Of a DNA stretch of 33,409 nucleotides, positions 24,416 to 33,241 are shown piece after piece. Each line of letters starts with the position of its first letter. Within the stretch, counting starts at the first letter, position 1. Made by a program: the position numbers and the translations under genes. Origin of the DNA: a virus (Duplodnaviria > Caudoviricetes). The notes under the pieces are model-generated. The model saw only the letters and a list, made by a program, of their open reading frames with translations, made no database searches and was not told the DNA's origin. The stretch covers positions 1-33,409 of the IMG/VR virus record IMGVR_UViG_3300032233_002337; one strand, given 5' to 3'.

Positions 24416-25408
24416 ATGAAAGTATCAGAATTAAAAGAAATCATACGTAAAACTATTGCAGATGTAGTATCTGAATCAACAATGCCAACTACAATAGATT
24501 ACAAAGATAAAAATAAAGGTGACAAAGTATTAGATATTGACACTGCAGATACTGCAACTCTTAATAAATTAAAAGCAGATACAACTATTGCTAGTGTAAC
24601 TGCTGGAAATAAAAAAATTAAAGAAGGTGAAATTGAAGAATTAGCTAACGTATCTGTACGTTATGAATTAGCACCAGATACTAATGCTTCTAGCTTTACA
24701 GGCAAGAAAAACAGAATTATCACTGCTATGCAAGCTACAGAAGAACCAATGTCAAAAATTGATGTAGCTGGTGAATTAGGATACAACAAACAAAATCCAA
24801 TCAACGCTGATTTTATGGAACTTGTAGCAAGCGGAGCAATTGTTGCTTCAGGCGCCCAAGCAGCTCCACGTTTAAATCGTCCAGCAGCTGAACCAACAGC
24901 AGCAGGTGAAACACCAGTAGATAGCGAATTTGATTTTATTAGAGGTGATATGACTGATGATGAAATTGATGCTAGTTTTGCTGCAGCAGCAGCCGCTGGA
25001 GATGAAGAACCAGAAATTGGTGACATTGAAAAATCAGGTTCATCTACTGCTCCAAGATTAAGTGATGATGAATACGAAGCGTTTATGAAATCTATTGATT
25101 TAGAAAGACGTTTAGCTGCTACTAAATCTAATATCTTAAAATTAAGAAAAGGCAAAACAGCAGCAGGTGATATTAATGATAGACCATCTACTGAATTACA
25201 ACGTTTACGTGATTTAAAAGTATCATTAGAAAAACGCTTAGAAGATTTATATGCTTCATCAGCATATTTAAGTCAACGCCAAGAAAAAGCAACAGGCAAA
25301 AAAGTAACACCACCAGCTCCAATCGAACCAGAAGAAATTGAAGATGAAGAACCAATAGACGAATGGGCAGTTGGTAGAGCACAATATTACGCAGGAATAA
25401 AAAAATAA
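24416..25408 (+). CDS. Acidic multi-module protein with possible winged-HTH and coiled coil (putative internal head protein)
   Basis: Leader MKVSELKEIIRKTIADVVSE; IITAM...MSKIDVAGELG...INADFMELVASGAI (wHTH-like); C-terminal IDEWAVGRAQYYAGI. Start reassigned to ATG 24416 (ATG 24398 is also possible). Confidence 0.68.
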   Translation: MKVSELKEIIRKTIADVVSESTMPTTIDYKDKNKGDKVLDIDTADTATLNKLKADTTIASVTAGNKKIKEGEIEELANVSVRYELAPDTNASSFTGKKNRIITAMQATEEPMSKIDVAGELGYNKQNPINADFMELVASGAIVASGAQAAPRLNRPAAEPTAAGETPVDSEFDFIRGDMTDDEIDASFAAAAAAGDEEPEIGDIEKSGSSTAPRLSDDEYEAFMKSIDLERRLAATKSNILKLRKGKTAAGDINDRPSTELQRLRDLKVSLEKRLEDLYASSAYLSQRQEKATGKKVTPPAPIEPEEIEDEEPIDEWAVGRAQYYAGIKK

Positions 25409-25412
25409 AAAT

Positions 25413-26105
25413 ATGTTATTATTAAAAAAATGGTTACCAAAAATTATTGTTGTGATTGCAATTATAGCAATTTGCAGTGTATTATTCGAAAAATGTAGTA
25501 GCAACGTTGAGCATAAAGCATTTTTAGCTCAAGTAGATAGTTTACATAAAGTAAATGATTCATTGTTTGTTGAAATTAGAAAAGATGATGCTGTTATTGA
25601 TTCATTAAATTATGTTAGTGAAACTTTAACTGATAAGTTAGCACATCAAAAAACTAAAGTTATTAAGATTGTAGAAACAGTTGAAGTTGAAAAAAATAAA
25701 ATTGATGATTTACAAGAAAATCAATTAGTATATTTTTATAACACAAGATATCCTAAAGATATAATTACTAATCCTATACCAATAGCACAACCAATATTAG
25801 TGTCTGCTGCTAAAGATTTAGTAGAATTAGATGGTGCTAAACAAATTATTGTATTAAAAGATAGCGCTATCACAACATTAGAAACAAAAGTAACTGTTAA
25901 AGATAGTGTTATTAGTAAATATATTAGTAAGGAAGATAAGTTTAGATTAATATTAAACAATAAAGATAAAGAAATTGCTGGATGGGAAGGCCAATATCAA
26001 CAATTGGATTTCAAATACAATAAGTTAAAAGCTAAATCTAAACTTCAACGCATAGGAAGCTATGTAGTGATTGGCGGATTAGCTTACTTAATGATTGCAA
26101 AATAA
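25413..26105 (+). CDS. Membrane protein with TM at both ends and central coiled coil (spanin-like candidate)
   Basis: N-terminal KKWLPK-IIVVIAIIAICSVLF, C-terminal IGSYVVIGGLAYLMIA, and a helical middle region. Confidence 0.6.
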   Translation: MLLLKKWLPKIIVVIAIIAICSVLFEKCSSNVEHKAFLAQVDSLHKVNDSLFVEIRKDDAVIDSLNYVSETLTDKLAHQKTKVIKIVETVEVEKNKIDDLQENQLVYFYNTRYPKDIITNPIPIAQPILVSAAKDLVELDGAKQIIVLKDSAITTLETKVTVKDSVISKYISKEDKFRLILNNKDKEIAGWEGQYQQLDFKYNKLKAKSKLQRIGSYVVIGGLAYLMIAK

Positions 26106-26155
26106 GTTCTACCTTAGGAACAGCCCCGCTATAGTCTCAGTATTATAGCTCTAAG
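26106..26155 (+). ncRNA. Candidate structured RNA B (pseudoknot abutting a terminator)
   Basis: P1 GTTC/GAAC. Loop CTTAG (26113-26117) is complementary to CTAAG (26151-26155). Intervening 8-bp hairpin GCTATAGT/ATTATAGC. Confidence 0.45.
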
Positions 26156-26183
26156 CCCGACCCCGTAAGGTCGGGCCTTTTTT
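26155..26183 (+). terminator. Intrinsic terminator
   Basis: GCCCGACC-CCGTAA-GGTCGGGC followed by C and T6. Confidence 0.85.
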
Positions 26184-26186
26184 ATA

Positions 26187-26194
26187 TATTTATA
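26187..26194 (+). promoter_or_regulatory. Putative late promoter TATTTATA for terminase
   Basis: Lies between the terminator and ATG 26198, with a 3-nt gap to the ATG. Confidence 0.7.
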
Positions 26195-26197
26195 TAC

Positions 26198-27781
26198 ATG
26201 AGTCAAGCAAATGTTAAGGAAATAATCAAGGCGGAATACATTAAATGTGCTACCGACCCTGTACACTTCTTTAGAAAATATTGTTATATTACTCACCCTG
26301 TAAAAGGCAGAGTACTATTTCATCTTTACCCATTCCAGGAAGAGGTTTTAAATGATTTTAGAGCTAATAGATTTAGCATTATAAATAAATCAAGACAGTT
26401 AGGCATCTCAACACTATCAGCTGGTTTTGCGTTATGGACAATGTTATTCCAAAAGGATAAAACTGTATTGTGTGTTGCAACAAAGCAAGAAACAGCTAAA
26501 GGAATGGTAGAGAAGGTACAGTTTATGTATACTTCATTACCATCTTGGTTAAAGGGCAATATTAAACCACTATCAGATAATAAATTATCATTAAAACTAG
26601 CTAATAACTCTCAAATCGTTGCTACATCAGCTGCATCAGATGCAGGTAGATCGTACGCGGTTTCATTACTTATTATAGATGAGGCTGCATTTATTGAAGG
26701 TATTGATAGAATTTATACGAGTATTAAACCAACCATTGCAACGGGTGGTGGAATTATAGCATTATCATCTCCAAATGGTGTTGGTAACTGGTTCCATAAG
26801 ATGTATACTGAATCTGAAATGGGTAAGGGTGACTTTAAAGCAATTGAATTAAAATGGAATTTACATCCTGATAGAGACGAAAAATGGGAACAAACAGAGC
26901 GTGCAAATATGTCACCTCGTGAATTTGCTCAAGAGTATGATTGTGACTTTTTAGGATCTGGAAATTCTGTTGTTGAACCTGAATTATTATCTTTTTATGA
27001 AGAAACTTTTATACAAGATCCTATTGAACGTCGCTTTATGGGTGGTGATTTTTGGATTTGGGCTTACCCTGATTACAGCAAGCAGTATATTGTTTGTGCT
27101 GACGTTGCTCGCGGTGATGGTAGTGACTATTCGGCTTTTCACGTTATCGATGCAACAACGTGCGAGCAAGTGGCTGAGTACAAATCGCAAGTCGATACAC
27201 GTACTTTCGGAAATATGTTGGTATCTGTTGCTACTGAGTATAATAACGCTCTCCTTGTGGTCGAAAACGCAAACATCGGTTGGGACGTTGTAAATACAGT
27301 AATAGAGAAAGGTTATGAAAAAATGTACTATTCACCTCGCGCCTACGGAGATATGAGTATGGATAAGTGGTTAACCAAAATGGAACAAGAACAAACCGTT
27401 CCTGGATTCACCACATCAGCTAAAACAAGACCACTTGTTATCTCAAAAATGGAGTCGTATATTCGAGAAAAGGCATTTGTATTTCATTCTAAACGCTTAT
27501 TAGAAGAGTTACGTGTATTCATTTGGATGAATGGTAAAGCACAATCCCAAAATGGATATAATGATGACTTAGTAATGGCATTAGGAATGGGGTTATTCAC
27601 TAGAGACACTGCAATGAAATTCTATGAACAAGGAATGGATTTAAACAGAGCAATGATCTCAAGTATAACTAAAACTACATATGGCTATACAGGCCCTGAA
27701 TTACCTGGAGGAACACAAAATCCATTTATGGTAGATAATGGACACGGTGATTTCGAAGATATGACATGGGTACTAAGTTAA
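26198..27781 (+). CDS. terL: Terminase large subunit (T4 gp17-like)
   Basis: LYPFQ Q-motif, KSRQLGIST Walker A, LIIDEAAF Walker B, SSPNG motif III, FAQEYDCDF, and nuclease motifs ADVARGDGSDYS and DDLVMA. Confidence 0.96.
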   Translation: MSQANVKEIIKAEYIKCATDPVHFFRKYCYITHPVKGRVLFHLYPFQEEVLNDFRANRFSIINKSRQLGISTLSAGFALWTMLFQKDKTVLCVATKQETAKGMVEKVQFMYTSLPSWLKGNIKPLSDNKLSLKLANNSQIVATSAASDAGRSYAVSLLIIDEAAFIEGIDRIYTSIKPTIATGGGIIALSSPNGVGNWFHKMYTESEMGKGDFKAIELKWNLHPDRDEKWEQTERANMSPREFAQEYDCDFLGSGNSVVEPELLSFYEETFIQDPIERRFMGGDFWIWAYPDYSKQYIVCADVARGDGSDYSAFHVIDATTCEQVAEYKSQVDTRTFGNMLVSVATEYNNALLVVENANIGWDVVNTVIEKGYEKMYYSPRAYGDMSMDKWLTKMEQEQTVPGFTTSAKTRPLVISKMESYIREKAFVFHSKRLLEELRVFIWMNGKAQSQNGYNDDLVMALGMGLFTRDTAMKFYEQGMDLNRAMISSITKTTYGYTGPELPGGTQNPFMVDNGHGDFEDMTWVLS

Positions 27782-27785
27782 TAAA

Positions 27786-27793
27786 TATTTATT
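27786..27793 (+). promoter_or_regulatory. Putative late promoter variant TATTTATT
   Basis: Intergenic, 20 nt before the portal ATG. Confidence 0.6.
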
Positions 27794-27813
27794 GGTATAA
27801 TTAAAACACAATA

Positions 27814-29691
27814 ATGGCAGATAATAGACCAGGCTTATTTGGAAGGTTAACACGTTTGTTTAGTACAGATGTTATCATCAGAAATGTTGGTGGTAATCAA
27901 CTAAAAACAATTGACGTTGACAAAATCCAAGCCTTTGGAAATATAAAGACCAACGCATTAATAGATAGATTTACTAAGTTACATAGATTTGGGGCTAACA
28001 TGCCTTACAATCCAACTATGAACTACCAAACACTTCGTATTCAGTTATATACTGACTATGAAGCAATGGATACAGAATCAATTATAGCATCAGCATTGGA
28101 TATTTTAGCTGATGAAGCTACATTAAAAAATGAAGCAAAAGAAGTATTACAAATTAGAAGCGCTGACGAAAATGTACAACGCATATTATATAATTTATTC
28201 TATGATGTATTAAACATCGAGTTTAACCTATGGATGTGGGTTAGAAATATGTGTAAGTATGGTGATTTCTATTTACATATGGAAGTAGCTGAGAAATTTG
28301 GTATATATAATGTAACACCATTATCAGTTTATGATATGGTTCGTGAAGAAGGTATGGATCCTTCCAACCCATCTTATGTATGTTTCAGAATCGATCCGAT
28401 GGTAATCGCAGCGGGTGGTTTAAGTACACGCGTTAAAGATAGAGATGGTAAAATCAAATTTGAAAACTATGAAATAGCGCATTTTAGGCTATTAACTGAC
28501 GCTAACTACTTGCCTTATGGGCGCTCGTTTATTGAGCCTGCTCGTAAAACTTACAAGCAGTATGTGCTGATGAAAGACGCGATGTTATTGCACCGCATTA
28601 CACGTGCCCCGGAAAAACGCGTATTCACTGTGAATGTTGGTAATATACCACCTGCTGAAGTAGACGGATACATGCAGAAGATAATGCAAAAGATGAAAAA
28701 AACACCTTTTGTAGATCAACAAACAGGTGATTACAATTTAAGATATAATTTACAAAACATGATGGAAGATTTTTATCTTCCGACTCGTGGTAATGATACA
28801 GCAACTAAGATTGATACAATTAAAGGTTTAGAATATAACGCGATTGATGACGTTAATTTCCTACGCGATGAGATGTTAGCAGCGCTTAAGGTGCCTAAAG
28901 CATTCTTTGGATTTGAAAAAGATTTAACTGGTAAAGCTACATTAGCTGCTGAAGATATTCGTTTCGCTCGTACAGTTGAACGTATCCAACGTATTATATT
29001 ATCTGAATTGTATAAAATGGCATTAGTGCATTTATACGTTCAAGGATATGATGGTGAATCATTATCAAATTTTGAATTATCATTAACAGTTCCATCAATC
29101 ATATACGAACAAGAAAAGATTGCATTGTGGAAAGAAAAAGTAGACTTAGCTAAATCAATACAAGATACTAACCTATTACCTTCAGACTTTATTTACGACA
29201 ATATATTCCAATTCAGTGAAGATCAATATGATGAATATCGTGATTTAGTAGTTGAAGATAAGAAACGCGTATTTAGATTAGCTCAAATCGAAAATGAAGG
29301 TAATGACCCAGCTAAAACTGGTAAATCGTTTGGTACACCACACGACTTAGCTTCATTATATGGTAAAGGTAGATCAGGAATGAATACGGATGGAGCTGTA
29401 CCTCCAGGATACGATGAAACACGTCCTGTTGGTCGTCCTAAAGAAAAGGCATCTATTGTTGGTACACAACAAAGAGCATTAGGTAAAGATCCATTAGGCA
29501 GTGCTGAAAACGGTACACTATATACTGCAAATCAACCTGAAGAAGGTAGCGGTACACCAAAAGCCATGTTTGAATTAAAAAGACATAAACAATTATTCGA
29601 GGGAATGAACATAGCTCGCAAAGAACTGGTAGTGGGACCCGACCAGGAACCGTCATTATTAAATGAAAAAAATATCAAGGGTATACAATAA
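27814..29691 (+). CDS. gp20: Portal protein (T4 gp20-like)
   Basis: RITRAPEKRVF.VNVGN.P, MMEDFYLPTRG...TKIDTIKG, ALKVP and EDIRF motifs; directly follows terL. Confidence 0.95.
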   Translation: MADNRPGLFGRLTRLFSTDVIIRNVGGNQLKTIDVDKIQAFGNIKTNALIDRFTKLHRFGANMPYNPTMNYQTLRIQLYTDYEAMDTESIIASALDILADEATLKNEAKEVLQIRSADENVQRILYNLFYDVLNIEFNLWMWVRNMCKYGDFYLHMEVAEKFGIYNVTPLSVYDMVREEGMDPSNPSYVCFRIDPMVIAAGGLSTRVKDRDGKIKFENYEIAHFRLLTDANYLPYGRSFIEPARKTYKQYVLMKDAMLLHRITRAPEKRVFTVNVGNIPPAEVDGYMQKIMQKMKKTPFVDQQTGDYNLRYNLQNMMEDFYLPTRGNDTATKIDTIKGLEYNAIDDVNFLRDEMLAALKVPKAFFGFEKDLTGKATLAAEDIRFARTVERIQRIILSELYKMALVHLYVQGYDGESLSNFELSLTVPSIIYEQEKIALWKEKVDLAKSIQDTNLLPSDFIYDNIFQFSEDQYDEYRDLVVEDKKRVFRLAQIENEGNDPAKTGKSFGTPHDLASLYGKGRSGMNTDGAVPPGYDETRPVGRPKEKASIVGTQQRALGKDPLGSAENGTLYTANQPEEGSGTPKAMFELKRHKQLFEGMNIARKELVVGPDQEPSLLNEKNIKGIQ

Positions 29692-29696
29692 ATACA

Positions 29697-29704
29697 TATT
29701 TATT
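29697..29704 (+). promoter_or_regulatory. Putative late promoter variant TATTTATT
   Basis: Intergenic, 20 nt before ATG 29725. Confidence 0.6.
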
Positions 29705-29724
29705 GATAGTGCACACTATTCATT

Positions 29725-30579
29725 ATGAAAATAAAACACAGTAAATTTAAAAATACAGGAATATTGTTCGAGCTATTGGTACGCCAAATAGCATCAGATA
29801 CTGTATCTAATAAAGATTCTGCCGCTATTGAACTAGTTAAAAAATATTTTAGCAAGTCTGAATTAGCAAAAGAATATAAGTTATATCAAGCGCTAATTAC
29901 GCCAAAAAATCTTAGTGAAGCTAAAGCTGAAACGTTTGTTAATTCAACGTTAGAAGCTTCTTTACGTTTAAACAAAACGGCTTTACGTAAGGAAAAATAT
30001 AATCTAATCAAAGAAATTCGTGAAAATTACGATTTAGAAGAATTCTTTAAAGCAAAAATTAGTAACTACAAGCAATATGCTGCCGCATTCAATTTAATTG
30101 AAGCACACAATTCATTAGAGTTTACTGAGCCACAGCAAATCATTGATAATAAAATTACATTATTAGAACATATTACTCGTAAAGAGATTAATAAAGAAAG
30201 TGTTAAGGATCGTGTAATGGAAGAATATGGTAACATGGATAAAGGTACTCGTATCTTAGCTTACCGTATGTTATTAGAAAAATTCAATAGTAAATATTCT
30301 ACGTTATCTGACAAGCAAAAAGGTGTATTAAAAGAATTTATTAATAACATCAGCAACACAACTAAGTTAAGAGAATTTGTTAATAATAATTTTAAAACCA
30401 TTACTGAAGAAATTACATCTTTAATCCCGACTGTATCAGATAAAACAACTCAGATTAAATTAGCTGAAGTAATTACATTATTGCAGCCATTAGATAAAAC
30501 ACAAAGCGTAAAAGACGAAAATATCATTTCGTTATTACAATATCATCAATTAATTGACGAAATTAAATCAGCTAAATAA
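29725..30579 (+). CDS. Helical protein in head-assembly cluster
   Basis: KHSKFKNTGILFELLVRQI N-terminus; lies between portal and protease. Confidence 0.75.
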   Translation: MKIKHSKFKNTGILFELLVRQIASDTVSNKDSAAIELVKKYFSKSELAKEYKLYQALITPKNLSEAKAETFVNSTLEASLRLNKTALRKEKYNLIKEIRENYDLEEFFKAKISNYKQYAAAFNLIEAHNSLEFTEPQQIIDNKITLLEHITRKEINKESVKDRVMEEYGNMDKGTRILAYRMLLEKFNSKYSTLSDKQKGVLKEFINNISNTTKLREFVNNNFKTITEEITSLIPTVSDKTTQIKLAEVITLLQPLDKTQSVKDENIISLLQYHQLIDEIKSAK

Positions 30580-30812
30580 TGAACAGATTACAAGAATTAG
30601 CTAATATCCCAAGTGATGTAGCTGCATTAGGTAAAACACAAGCAACAGCAACAACTGTAACTAATAAAGCTAAAGCTATTAACAATATCCAAGAATTTCC
30701 TGGGGCATTTGAAAACTGGTTTAAAACACTAGGATTCCAACCAGGTAAGATTTCTAAGAGTACTGTTCGTATGGAAGTTGAAAAAGTATTGACTAAGTTA
30801 GGATATAAATAA
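30579..30812 (+). CDS. Small protein with N-terminal RLQELANI motif
   Basis: TAATG coupling at both ends. Confidence 0.75.
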   Translation: MNRLQELANIPSDVAALGKTQATATTVTNKAKAINNIQEFPGAFENWFKTLGFQPGKISKSTVRMEVEKVLTKLGYK

Positions 30813-31729
30813 TGGCTGATATTCAAACATATGGTGATTTAAAAAAAATCATTAAAGCTATTACTAATAAACAAAAAGTAAGTGCTATTGGTGGGGGGAT
30901 AAAAGGAAAAGCTACAGATATAGCATTAGATGCTGCTATAGAAGCTTTAAAAGCTACAATACCTGGAGTTGGATTATTTAAACATGGTATTGATATTTTT
31001 AAAGGATTGCTAAAAAAACCAGATACTAGAAAAACTAATACCTGGCTAGATAAATTAGATATAGATGATGAAATGAGTGCTATTGTAGATGATACTGTAG
31101 AGAATGGATTTATAGAAGCAATGACTAAAACAATAGAAGCAGAACCAGATGATAAAGCATTAGAGCCTGATTTTAATATGAATGCTAAAATGGTTAACTA
31201 CCTAAAACAACAATATCAAGGTCGTACAGTAGCAGGAATAACAGAAAATAAAAAAATGGATTTACAAGAATATATTAAACAACTAGTACAACAAGAATTA
31301 GACGAAATGTCTGTTTCTGGTGATGCTGGTGGTTATTTAACCCCAATGGCTTTTTCTAAAAAAGGACAAAAATCAAATGGCGCTATTGAGGCCGCTAAGT
31401 CTCAAGGCATGAAATTAGTTAAAAAATCAGCTATGAACGAAATATTATTAAATATCATTGAAAAAGAAATGATCAATGAAGTAACATACGGTAAATTTAA
31501 AAAAGATGTAAAGCACAGAACTAAATCTGAGCAATTACATAAAGCAATCCGTGAAGTAAAGCGTAAATTAGCTGAAATTGATCGTATTGTTGAATATACA
31601 TCACGTATGAAGCAAGAATTAAGTGAAGATGGTGGTATCAATTATTGGAAAGCAACTCAAAAGAATGTTGCTTCTATCTCAGAAATGGTAAATCAACTTA
31701 ATAATAAAATTAAAAGCTTAAATCAATAA
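30812..31729 (+). CDS. Multi-module head-cluster protein, with possible internal start at ATG 31256
   Basis: Module boundaries ITE, LDE and INE. MDLQEYIKQLVQQELDE looks like a second leader and follows AAATAAAAAA. Confidence 0.72.
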   Translation: MADIQTYGDLKKIIKAITNKQKVSAIGGGIKGKATDIALDAAIEALKATIPGVGLFKHGIDIFKGLLKKPDTRKTNTWLDKLDIDDEMSAIVDDTVENGFIEAMTKTIEAEPDDKALEPDFNMNAKMVNYLKQQYQGRTVAGITENKKMDLQEYIKQLVQQELDEMSVSGDAGGYLTPMAFSKKGQKSNGAIEAAKSQGMKLVKKSAMNEILLNIIEKEMINEVTYGKFKKDVKHRTKSEQLHKAIREVKRKLAEIDRIVEYTSRMKQELSEDGGINYWKATQKNVASISEMVNQLNNKIKSLNQ

Positions 31730-31851
31730 TGGCAAAATCAGTAGGCAACAGTAATAAACAATCATTCGGTAAACGCAAAGTAGGATCAGCAAAAAAATCA
31801 TACAATAAACACTCTCCACGTCCTAAAACATATAGAGGTCAAGGAAGATAA
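31729..31851 (+). CDS. 40-aa basic peptide ending YRGQGR (absent from the ORF track)
   Basis: MAKSVGNSNKQSFGKRKVGSAKKSYNKHSPRPKTYRGQGR*. TAATG-coupled to the upstream gene and fills the gap. Confidence 0.8.
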   Translation: MAKSVGNSNKQSFGKRKVGSAKKSYNKHSPRPKTYRGQGR

Positions 31852-31863
31852 AATATAATATAA

Positions 31864-33240
31864 ATGAAAAGTATAGCAAATCAATATCGTGACTTAAAAG
31901 AGGGTAAAATGACGCAAGCGAATTTCATGAGAAATTTACGCACGTCAATGCCTCAATTTGTTACTAATGTAACATCATTTAACGATGCGGTTAGAATTCT
32001 TAAGAATAAGAGTATATTAAATGAAGCATACGAAGGTGATGGTACAATCAAATATGTTGAAAGTCAACTAAATTATATGGTTGATGGTGATAGCATAACA
32101 TTTGATGAATTTGAAGCAGCAATGTCTTATTTAAAAAATCATTCTGAAGAAATTACAAAAGAATTTGGAAATAATGTTAGCTCTGAAGAGGCTAAAAAAA
32201 TTGCTAAAACCATTGTAAACACAGCTACAAATAAAGAATCAGAAGAAAAAGAAACGGGTGATGAAGAATTAGATGCTATACTTCAAGGTATTGAAACTGA
32301 AAAAGCTGGTGAAGAAGAAGTAAAATCTCAATATGATATAGCTGAATTTCATTCAGGAAATCCAAATGACAAATATGTTGTTAAACAATCAGGAGATAAG
32401 TGGGAAGTAAGAGAAGGTGGTGTATTAGTTGACACATTTGATTCTAAAGAAGAAGCACAAAAAATGGCTGATGGAAAAAATGCAGCTCAAGAATTAAACG
32501 AAGCTAAAAAGAAAGAAGAAAAAAATTATAATGTACAACAAGCTAACCCAACTGAATTAAGATTGGGTATTAGAACAGAATTAGAGTGTGATACTGATAT
32601 GGAATTAGATAAAGCTAAAGAAATTGCTTATAAAAATATTGCAAAAGACCCTATCTACTATACTACATTAAAACTATCAGGTTTAGAAGCTCATCCTAAG
32701 AAAGTAAAAGGCGAAAAAGCAGCTCCTGCTAAAAAAGCTAAAAAAGAATCTGCTCAATTAGTTGATTTAGTAAACGCTATGCAAAAGGTTAAAATGCCTA
32801 AAGCAGACGAAAAAAAAAAGCTTAAAGAAAACGTAGACGAAAAAATGCGTTTTCAAGATTTACCTGCTGATCCTGAAAAATATAAAATAGTAAGAGACAG
32901 CAAGAACTACATCATTAAAGCAACAAACGCTGATGGTATTGAATTTCAAAAAGGCGATACTGTTAAAACATATGACGGTGAAGAAATTAAAATAGTAAAG
33001 TTCGAAGAAAGTCAAGGTAAAGTTAAGGCAATATACAATAAAGGAATGTTCTTTGCTAGTATCGATATTGATGGTTTAGAAGCTCCAAAACCAACAATGA
33101 GACCAGGTGTTGATATAGGCGCTTCATTTGAAAAAATGAAAAAGTCAATGCAAGAAATTGTTCGTGAAACAATAAGTGAATATTTTGATGGACGTGATAA
33201 CCTAGTTAATCCACTTTCAGCAGAAGAAGAAAATAAATAA
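31864..33240 (+). CDS. E/K-rich multi-module prohead-core/internal protein with a DUF5661-like module
   Basis: ELRLGIRTELE...AKEIA.KNI.KDPIYYT.L; repeated LNE/IAE/LKE/VRE/ISE boundaries; immediately upstream of the protease. Confidence 0.68.
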   Translation: MKSIANQYRDLKEGKMTQANFMRNLRTSMPQFVTNVTSFNDAVRILKNKSILNEAYEGDGTIKYVESQLNYMVDGDSITFDEFEAAMSYLKNHSEEITKEFGNNVSSEEAKKIAKTIVNTATNKESEEKETGDEELDAILQGIETEKAGEEEVKSQYDIAEFHSGNPNDKYVVKQSGDKWEVREGGVLVDTFDSKEEAQKMADGKNAAQELNEAKKKEEKNYNVQQANPTELRLGIRTELECDTDMELDKAKEIAYKNIAKDPIYYTTLKLSGLEAHPKKVKGEKAAPAKKAKKESAQLVDLVNAMQKVKMPKADEKKKLKENVDEKMRFQDLPADPEKYKIVRDSKNYIIKATNADGIEFQKGDTVKTYDGEEIKIVKFEESQGKVKAIYNKGMFFASIDIDGLEAPKPTMRPGVDIGASFEKMKKSMQEIVRETISEYFDGRDNLVNPLSAEEENK

Positions 33241-33241
33241 C

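Noticed and set aside
21942-26183. tRNA, known riboswitch or ribozyme identity for the two structured elements
   Set aside because: No cloverleaf or TTC-loop geometry, and I could not find the conserved nucleotides of fluoride, SAM-II, preQ1, pistol or HDV-like RNAs by eye. Left unassigned pending an Rfam search.
26198-29691. Intron or intein in terminase or portal; GIY-YIG gene as intron-encoded
   Set aside because: Lengths and motif spacing are normal with no intein splice motifs, and the GIY-YIG ORF is free-standing between intact genes.
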